The notes beneath the pieces were generated by a model, which saw only the letters and a list, made by a program, of their open reading frames with translations, made no database searches and was not told the origin of the DNA. A program made the translations under genes and the position numbers. Positions 53,975-64,000 of a stretch of 64,000 bases of DNA are shown here, piece after piece; position 1 is the first letter of the stretch; each line of letters starts with the position of its first letter. Origin of the DNA: Octopus vulgaris (Eukaryota). The stretch covers positions 59,892,001 to 59,956,000 of the forward strand of contig OX597823.1 in NCBI GenBank assembly GCA_951406725.2, read 5' to 3'.

Positions 53975-54375
53975 ATTCTTTTATTCTTTTACTTGTTTCA
54001 GTCATTTGACTGTGGTCCAGCTGGAGCACTGGCCTTTAGTCAAACAAATCAACCCCAAGACATATTCTTTGTACGCTTAGTACTTATTCTATTGGTATCT
54101 TTTGCTGAACTGGTAAGTTACGAGGTGATAAACACACCAACACCAGTTGTCAAGCAGTGATGGAGGTGAACTCAGATACAAAGACACACACATATATATA
54201 ATTATATATATATACATGATTAGCTTCTTGCAGTTTCTGTCTACCAAATCCACTCATTAGGGTGTAGTCAATCTGAGAATATAATAGGAAACGCTTGCCT
54301 AAGGTGCAGTGGTACTGAACCTGGAACCATGCAGTTGCAAATCACACATCTTAACACACAGCCACATCTTTGCTT
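53975..54375 (-). mobile_element. SINE family A, diverged full-length copy
   Basis: Tail TTTTACTTGTTTCAGTCATTTGACTG through head ACTGAACCTGGAACCATG. Confidence 0.85.
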
Positions 54376-55413
54376 AAAATATATACAACTTTACACATAT
54401 ATGTATATAAGTATATACAAATGCATGCATGTGTACATGTGTTTATATATATATATATATATAGAGATAGATAGATGTGTATGTGTGTATGTATGTATGT
54501 GATATATACATGAATGTTGTATGTGTTTGTATATCTATGCGTATGTATACATGCAAGTTGTCACAGTATTTGTGCATATATATTTACACACACATGCACA
54601 TAAAGATATATATATAAATATATATACACTCTTATATATGTACACATGTGTGTGTTTGTGAGTGTGTTTTTCTGAGTGTGTTGAAATAAATATATTATAA
54701 GAGAGAAGTCTTGAATACGTTTTATAAAAAAAAATATCATTTGCCAATTGTTATTTTTTAATCATTGTGAATCAGAGATACTGGAACTTATTTTTCGATA
54801 ACAATTTGGTAATTTGTCTGTTATTAGCAGTTCTTATCAATTTTTCTTCTTTAGGTTTTGATTATATTTTGCTTTTTTTTTGTTTGTAAATTTTCAAATT
54901 TTTTTTGCATTTTACTTTACTATCATTATTGTTGCATGATTATATGGAAACACATATAGATAGTAATCATTCTTGTCTAAAGATATAACAATAAAAATCT
55001 GAAAGGATTTACATCAGAAGGATTTTCGGAAGCTAAGCTAAATATTCTTGCTTTCTTAAATTTCAATACTGTTTTCAGCATCAGCTCATAAAATTCTATC
55101 TCCCATCTGTAAAAATGACAATTTTGTCAAAAATAAAAAGGAACACTAATGGTAAAAAAAAAAACTGTTAACAATAAATAAACTGACAAGAAAAGAAAAA
55201 CGAATGAAAATAGAAAAATTGTTTAACAACAATAGAAATATAACTAAGGGATGTTTTTGCTTTTGTTTAATTTTATTTATTTTTATTTGCTCATTTCCTT
55301 TTCTTCGGTTTGCAATCGTTTCAACATGATTCCCATTTTTTTTTCCCATTTCATTTTTTCGTTTTTTTTTCCTTATTCCTACTGCTCTGTACTCTGTCGT
55401 CATCCTCAATGCT

Positions 55414-55444
<31 letters not shown>

Positions 55445-55868
55445 TATTGATTGGGTTTCTCAACTTCCTTTCTCCTCCTACTCCTCCTCATCATCATCAT
55501 CGTTGTCAGCCTTGTCATCATTATCCTCATTATCACGATCTTCGTCATCATCAACAATATCGTCATCATTATCAAAGTTGTCTTTGTTGTCATCATTGTC
55601 ATAATCACCATCATTACCTTTATTACATTAATGATATGTATATACATACATATGTGCATATGTATATATGTGTGTATACAATTATATATATATATATATA
55701 TATATATGGAAATATACACATATATATCCATATATGTATGCACATAAGCATATATATATGTGTGGGTGTACATATGTATGTATATATATATATATGTATA
55801 TGTATATATGTATATGTATGTATGTATATATGTATATATATGTATATATATATGTATATATATATATG

Positions 55869-55902
<34 letters not shown>

Positions 55903-56284
55903 TGTATGTATGTATGTATGTATGTATGTATGCAGGTATGTTTGTATGTAAGTATGTATCTAAGTATGTATGTATTTATCCTGTCACTGTGATCAGTTTT
56001 TGAAATCAAATTATTGAGGTTTCTTCTCTAATAATGAAAATTCATTGAATATAATATACAATAATGTGAGAAAACCACTTCCTTTTCTGTTTGCTGGAAT
56101 TTTTTTGTTTGTTTTTTGTTTGGCTTTTTATTTAAATCTTTCGTCATGTATTGTATCTTGCATTAAATCCTATATTAGAAAATGATAAAAATCTTATCAG
56201 CACAACGGAATTTTCTGCATACTGCTCTACCATGCTATTTGCAAATTGAGATTTAAGAACACTGGGGAAAAACACACATACACA

Positions 56285-56597
<313 letters not shown>

Positions 56598-57317
56598 CTA
56601 TTTTGGAGAAGAAAAATAGTATCTGCAACTTTTACATTGCTAAAACTTTAATACATTCTTTGTAGCACATAAAACTTGTGCATATCTTTTGTTTTCTGTA
56701 TGTGTGTATGCATAATATACGTGTGCACGTGTGTGTATGTGGTTAGGAAGTAGTGATGGTGGGGATGGTAGGAAGATGGTGATGCTGTAAAATACTGGAA
56801 ACTTGTAATGTTAATGGAGGAAAGTGGGTTGGTTTGGGTAAAAATGTGTGTAATGAAAGAAGAATTAAGTGATGCTTTCCTTAAGATACTTTCATTCCTC
56901 AACCTTCTTCACACGCAGACATACACACATATACATATATGTGTGCGGGTATGTGTGTGTGTATATACATAAACGCACCATATACACACGCATATATATA
57001 TATATATATACATATATATACACACACACATACACACATATATATATATATATACATATGAATATGTATATATACATATATAACCATGTATGTATATACT
57101 GGGATATAAATACACTTCTTTATATACACACACATATATTACATATATTTGCATATATATATGTATTCATATAAATATATGTATATATATGTATATATGT
57201 ATATAAAAATATATATATATATATATAGAAAGAGAGAGATAGATAGATAGATATAGGCTCATATACTCACACACTTGTGTGTATAAAGTATTAAGAGTAT
57301 ATTTTACTTAACAAATT

Positions 57318-57318
57318 A

Positions 57319-57381
<63 letters not shown>

Positions 57382-57397
57382 CAGTAGTAGTAGTAGT
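57318..57397. repeat. (TAG)n microsatellite
   Basis: Read directly. Confidence 0.95.
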
Positions 57398-57826
57398 AAA
57401 TTTCAAGGAGAAAAACATTTTCGAGGGTTTTTTTTTATATATTTTAAATTTACAACAAGCCATGTATCTACCAACTAGTCATTTTATTCAGTCCCTTATA
57501 TTATAGTCAAATAACATTAGAAAAAAATATATATATAAAAAAAATAAATAAACATAAATGAATAACTGAATGAATAAATAAAAGGGAAAGTTTGTTTGAT
57601 GTTTGAATTATATTCTTCAGCAGTGAAGTCTTGTATGAATTTATCTGAACTTAAGGACCTGCTTGTTTTGATGTCCACTAAGGTCACAGATTGAAAAATA
57701 AAATTAGAAATGAAGACACTGTTTCAAAGACTCTGAAATTGACTCGTCTCTCCAGAAATATGGAACTCCCATCTAAAAGCATATCAGATATATAAATTAT
57801 TATTATTACTATTATTGTTGTTGTTG

Positions 57827-57867
<41 letters not shown>

Positions 57868-57987
57868 GTTGTTGTTGTTGTTGTTGTCATGGTTGTTATT
57901 ATTATTATTATTGCTTATTATTTATATATCCATATATAAATATATATATATATATATACACATATATATGTGTATATATATGTGTAT

Positions 57988-58059
<72 letters not shown>

Positions 58060-58711
58060 GTATGTATTCTTTTATTTTACCTTCATGTTGGTCAGTCGTC
58101 GCAGAGCACTTCAGTGGAGCATAAAATCTTGGCAAGAATACTCTTTTATGAGAAGAACTGAATGTCTTTTGTATATTGGCTTTGAATCTATATCATGACA
58201 TTTATTACTATGTCCTATGACCAAAGATGTCTCTTGTGTTGTTTTAGCTATTACAAAGCTGTGTCAAAGAATTGATTTTGTTTGTTTGTGGTATTTTTTT
58301 TTTGTGGGATGTACTGGGTTTTTTTTTCCTCCCTTCTTTCGAATAAAATTTGTGTCTGTGTTGCTTTAAACTATATTTCATGTTATGACAGTTTTGCAAC
58401 AGTTTTATCATGTTTTTTTTTGTTTTGTTTTGTTATTGATTTGAAAATACTTTGAAATGTACAAACAAAACATAAATAGATTTCACTAGAAACCCATCTT
58501 TTACCACAAAGATTTCTACAACTAATATATTGTTTCACCTTTAAAACTTTTCAAAATAGCTTGACTAAAAGTTTCAAGAAATTTTCAGAAACATCTTTGG
58601 AATGTACTAATAACTTGAAAATAATATTTTCATACTGTATCTATCTGACGGAACACTAGCTAATTAAAGACTAATACATAATTTGAGTCTATGTCTGTCA
58701 TTTTTTACATC

Positions 58712-58745
<34 letters not shown>

Positions 58746-58946
58746 TATTTCTTAATATAAACACATGCATACATGCATACACACATACATATTCTGTAAT
58801 CTAAAGCCTGAAAGATACAGCCTTCTGTTATAGACCTGTGAAACTTTTAGTCACCTGGAGCTAAATTGATCAGTTTTGGAATAATACATGAACAATTACT
58901 AAATATGTTGAACGTACTTTTCTTTCAGTTGTCCGCTCACTTACTC

Positions 58947-58994
<48 letters not shown>

Positions 58995-59369
58995 ATGTAT
59001 GTATGTATGTATGTATGCATGTATGTATGTATGTATGTATGTATATACATATATAGACATACCTATATAGATATATACACAGAGTGAGAGAGAGAGAGAT
59101 TAATTTGGACTTAGACCTCTCAGATGGCCAACTGTCTCCTTGTGTCACCACAGTATCATCAGAGGTCAAAATAGTTTGAGTGCCAATGATACTGTTGTAA
59201 CATAGACTAGCTGTATGATATGAATCTAAATTAATTAATATGTACAATGCATTTAAAATGTATTGATGTCTTCATTATAGTGTGCTTTTGTGATTGATTG
59301 GTCATGAAATATCATAGATATTTATATAAATATGCATTACATACATATATACATACATGCATACATACA

Positions 59370-59745
59370 TTATTTCGAAGAAATAAGAACCCACAGTATG
59401 GTAGCAACCATAGTCACTTATGGTATGAAAAAGTAATGGTGGAATGTCTCAGTGAAAACCTCAATAAAATGTAAATATAATAGACCTGACATAGTAATTT
59501 GGGATAGAGAAGAGAAATTGTGTACAGTTGTGGAATCAGCTGCCCAGCAGATGGTAACAGAAAGCTAAAGATCAGTGCAAAAGAAAATACCTATGCTGAA
59601 CTATTGAGAAATCTGCAGTTACTCAATCCAGATTACAAGTTAGGTTTATATCTGTAATTATTGTGGTACTGGGATATTTAACATACTACCTATATATAAA
59701 TCTTGAGAAATTAGACTTTTCAAAACCAGAAAGGAGAAATGAGAC
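59370..59745 (+). mobile_element. Restriction-like-endonuclease LINE fragment (R4/Dong-like)
   Basis: WWNVSVKTSIKCKYNRPDIVIWDREEKLCTVVE, then SCPADGNRKLKISAKENTYAELLRNLQLLNPDYK. Confidence 0.85.
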
Positions 59746-59820
59746 AAACAGCTTTTTCACATTTCAGCTTTATAGATATTGATTTATATGTCCTAAATTT
59801 GCCCAAGAATTTGTCGCTTA

Positions 59821-59892
59821 GACAGTTTAGCTTAATGGTAAAGTACTTGACGTTTAATCACAGGGATGTGAGTATGAGTCTCATGGCTGGCC
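59821..59892 (+). pseudogene. Degenerate tRNA-like sequence, anticodon TTT (Lys-like)
   Basis: A-box-like TAGCTTAATGGTAAAG, anticodon arm CTTGA-CGTTTAA-TCACAG, T-arm-like GTGAG-TATGAGT-CTCAT, acceptor-like GACAGTT/GGCTGGC. Confidence 0.55.
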
Positions 59893-59909
59893 ACCGACAG
59901 ATTTGTTTT

Positions 59910-61170
59910 ACAAAATATGAATAGTTTATCATGTTCATTGTATATTATTAGCATTATCCTGCGGTTGAGAATAAAATTATTTCCTCATCTGTATCTTTCA
60001 ATACATCTCAACGCTTCTAAAGGAAGCTTTGTTGACTTTCAACATAAGTTGAATTTAATATATATATATTTAGTATTTTCTACTTGATGCTATGATATAT
60101 GACTCTTTCTTTCAATGACCATATATGCTTAAATGGGGCTGTTTTATTTCGTTTCTCCTGGATATCAAAAAAGGACTTGTGGTTATTAAATCTGGTCCTG
60201 AAGAGACCTGACATTCTCCTATATGCTTTATGGGATATTTTGACAACACCTCATCATATACAACAGTCTCTGTGTTACATTGGCCATTAAATGGACATGT
60301 GATGTTGGCACTGCATTGGCATCATGCTTTTCTTTCAGGTTTGGATTTGCTGATAATATTTCGTTTATACTAGGTGCCCAGCTAAAAGAAATTCATAAGG
60401 CATATTTATTCTATTCAATATTTTTCTGTATTTATACATTTGGGGAAAGTGCTTATCGACTAAACTAGAAAGATACTACCTACACAAGTTAGTACATTCA
60501 GAGAGAAGATGCGTGAGCCATAAAACTTTCAGGTGGTGTATTTTTTTTGCTGGGTTAGGATCGTGCTTATAAGTAAATGTAATCTTACATAATCATTATA
60601 TTACAGGGCCTGATATCGAAAATTTCTTGACTTGCAGACAGGTGAATGATTGTTCTGCTGACCTGTTCGTAAACGTTATACCTGAATGACAGCAAGCTGC
60701 ATTAATATATGTCATCCCTCTCGATATTACCGAAGCAGCATTTTTGTAGAAACCAAAGCTAGTTGAGAGAGCTTTTTTTTTTATTTACAAGTCAACACTG
60801 TCAAAAGTACCCATCGCTAAATGGAAGGAGCCCTCTGAGTCATCTTGACCTAGGCTGATCCTTTAGTTGAAGAGCGAGATTTTTCTGACATGCATGATGA
60901 TTCTTACATCATCCTTATCTCAGTGTAGGCCCTAGCAAAATCCAGTGCTGTAGATAATGAATGCCTTGATGTAGATAGGAAAAGGTCCACAATATCCAAA
61001 ATGAAAAGAATTCTTTAATATAATACTTTTCTCCACGAAGCAAAGCTGGTGCCTTATACAGCTCTTTAGTATTTCCATTTGGTGTTGTAATCCATAGCAC
61101 ATTCTTTCAACAACCATATATGCAATAGCTAGGGATATTAAAGAAAATGTTCTGGTTTTGAAATATTTAT
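59910..61170 (-). mobile_element. Decayed Penelope-like element spanning RT to the end of the GIY-YIG domain
   Basis: Minus strand in order: LDIVDLFLSTSRHSLSTALDFARAYTEI; IMHVRKISLFN; SFHLAMGTFDS; GFYKNA; LVDKHFPQMYKYRKILNRN; CQCSANITCPFNGQCNTETVVY; FRTRFNNHKSFF; FKHIWSLKE; ILNRR. May extend to about 61430. Confidence 0.85.
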
Positions 61171-61543
61171 CCCTTCCTTACACCTTCCACTTCTCACCCA
61201 CTTCTTCAACAGATTCGTTTACTCTATCCTCGTTGACTGCCACAGCTCAGAGATTTCAACATAGCTGCTTTATTGCCCTGCAGTCCATACCATCAAACAA
61301 CCAGACCAGGCTGTAGAACTAGTTATACCCAAAGAATTTAACAAACTTATCTTTAAATTGGATCGTTTTAAGGGCGACAAATATTCTCTCGTTTGATAAT
61401 GACATTTTTCCAAAGTATATATAGCAATTTATACAACACACACACACATATACGTTAAGGATACTATTTTACATACATACATACATGCATGCATACATTT
61501 GTACATATATATGTATATATGTATATACATATACATATTTGCA

Positions 61544-61637
<94 letters not shown>

Positions 61638-61902
61638 ATATATATATATATCTATATATATATATATATACGGTGTTTTGTCTGGGGAGAGTAATTTTCT
61701 TTTTCGAAATATATATATATATATATATCTCAAAAGGCAAAAATAGTATTTAAGATATATATAGAATAAAATTTTACAAAATGAACACTATAAACTTCAT
61801 ATTTTATTTAATAGCTATAGAAACTTCTGGATTAATCAAGGTGTGCGTGTGTGTGTGTGTGTGCGTGCGTGTCTGTATCTGCATGCTTTTACTGCTTGTG
61901 TG

Positions 61903-61938
<36 letters not shown>

Positions 61939-62091
61939 ACTAAATAACGAAAATTCCTCACCAGCACCACCATCTATATATATAGTCACATGATCAACGA
62001 AGAATCAGAGTAGCAACAGAGTAATCTGAATGCTATAACTAAAAATTACTGTCTACATTGATATCAGGTCCTTTTTCTCCTATCTCATGCT

Positions 62092-62128
<37 letters not shown>

Positions 62129-62599
62129 CTTTCATTAAAAGCTGAAACTTCTTGTGCCATAGGTGAGCTTCCTGTTATTGACTGTTCAAAAGTCTGAAAT
62201 AAAAGAAAGTATGTCACACTATGTGAGTAAAAGTATCCACAAATGCAACAATCTATGATTAGTCAACAGTACATTTGCTATCGAAAATTTTTTATCTATT
62301 CATCACTATGCACAGAGGATGTGATATTTTCATCTATTCATGCACAGAAACACGTGATATTATAATATGCAGAAAGAAAAAAAAAAGGAAAATCCTGAGT
62401 AGAGAAAATACTTCTTGTTGAAGTTTAAGTGTTGATGAATAAATGAATGTTTTTTTTTCTGTTTATTGTACAACCATCTTCTGTAGCATAGCAAATCCAT
62501 TGTGTAGGAAATAAATGTTAGGTAGTTGGTAGTCAGAAACAGTACAATAAATAGCAAAGGATGTATATGTAATAATTCACCAATTTCGATCTTTTGTTG

Positions 62600-63920
62600 A
62601 CAATTTCAAATGACTGTGATATCGTATGTTATTTATTATTTATTTTTTTTGTGAGTTCTTCTTGTCTACAACCAAATCCCTTCTTTAAAGGCTTTTCAAT
62701 TCAGTAGTGATTTTATTCCAATTAGTGATTTAGACATCAATATTATTTGAACATAGGTATTATTATTAAATTTTGGCTTTCTTATGATAATTCTTTTGAA
62801 TTAAATGTCGTTGCCAGGTATTATTTGATGTAGCCATGGTAGCATACATGGAGGTTAAGGTTTGTGAATTAATTAAAGTGTACATCTTAAAATTGCATTG
62901 GAAGTGAGTACACACTGAAAGGTTAGGTATTTACAGTGATGATGGACTATTCATTTTGAAAAGTTTGAATGACCATATAATGGATTCTGTTAGGAATGGT
63001 ACATCAATATAGACAAAAAGCTGGGTTTAAAGATCACGCGAAATGAATCAAAATATAGTTATTTTCTTTATAACTCAAATTAATTTCTTGGATACAACTA
63101 GACACCATTTAATTCTTCCAACGTAGTAAACCTAACAAGAAATGATATTGCATTAATTCAAATTTCAGCAAATCTCAAATGATTTCAAAAGCTTTAGTTA
63201 TTAACATTAGTAAGTACATATCCAGCTTATTTCCTTATGGAGAATCCTTTAACCGAGTTATTCATTATTACAGTAACGTATTAAAAGTTGCTGATTTCAA
63301 ACATAGAACATATAATGTACAGAGCAACACTAATATTCATAAGAAAAAGAAAAATGAAAGATTATATGATGCAATCCTCCCTATAGTATAAATGTCTGTT
63401 CTGATGTTGTCAGGGTTTTTCTGTAACTGTGTATCTCAAATGATTATGTATTGACTGCAGTTATCATAAGATCCTTATTATAAGTATGTATCATAAGATC
63501 CGTAATAAAAATATCATTAAAGAGACTGAGAAAATAATTAACAGACTTTGATAAAAATAAGTACTGGAATTGATTTGTTCAATTAAAACTTTTCAAGATG
63601 GTGTCCCAGCATGGCTGCAGTCCAATGACTGAAACAAGTAATAGAAGATAAAAAAATGTGAGCGGGAGTGTTACCAAAAGCTCTATTGTTACCAAATCTG
63701 TTATAAAAGAAATATTTTCAATACTATTACATGAAACTGTGTTCATAACAAATTCACAACCTGCATTCTTGACGAAACCTGGTTCTATAAAGGTATTTCT
63801 TTATCAAGCTATGGCTGTTGTGGCAGATTACAGTGGAGCAAAAATATATATGCAAGTCTCACTACAATATTTTTAGAAAAGTTTCTTGAAACATAAGTAT
63901 TATTTCAGAGGCACGGAAAA
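62600..63920 (+). mobile_element. Heavily decayed Penelope-like element, interrupted by a SINE A tail at about 63530-63655
   Basis: LFDVAMVAYMEVKVCELI (cf. LFDVTMGSYDGAEVCEL); LGIYSDDGLFI (YxDD); NISKYISSLF...FNRVIHYYSNVLK. The 3' part is only weakly recognisable. Confidence 0.75.
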
Positions 63921-64000
63921 TAACTTTATACTTCATTATGCAATCATATTTGGAATTTAAAGAATAGTAATAGTAATAACTGGTAGTGGCATGTGGCGTA

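Overview
Eukaryotic, AT-rich, very microsatellite-dense DNA with no host protein-coding gene that I can recognise. The short interspersed repeats look like those of octopus (coleoid cephalopod) genomes; that attribution is from recall, not a search. Nearly all supplied ORFs are translations of simple repeats. The recognisable coding content is decayed transposons: four Penelope-like retroelement (PLE) copies, an RTE LINE whose reverse transcriptase (RT) frame carries an intact PHD finger, a Tx1/L1-type LINE, several Dong/R4-type restriction-like-endonuclease LINE fragments next to (TAA)n, a CR1/Jockey-type fragment, a Gypsy-like 5' LTR with primer-binding site and gag start, one mariner and two Tc1 copies, and hAT, piggyBac-like and Helentron/Helitron-like non-autonomous pieces. 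There are at least four SINE-like families and two tRNA pseudogenes (Phe, Lys-like). The most interesting signals are about seven hammerhead-ribozyme-like motifs in PLE-terminal-repeat-like DNA (two with an intact catalytic core), an antisense tRNA-Lys-like module abutting the end of a PLE ORF, and several unusual duplication or inversion structures. I found no convincing new multi-gene system. Coordinates of decayed elements are approximate.
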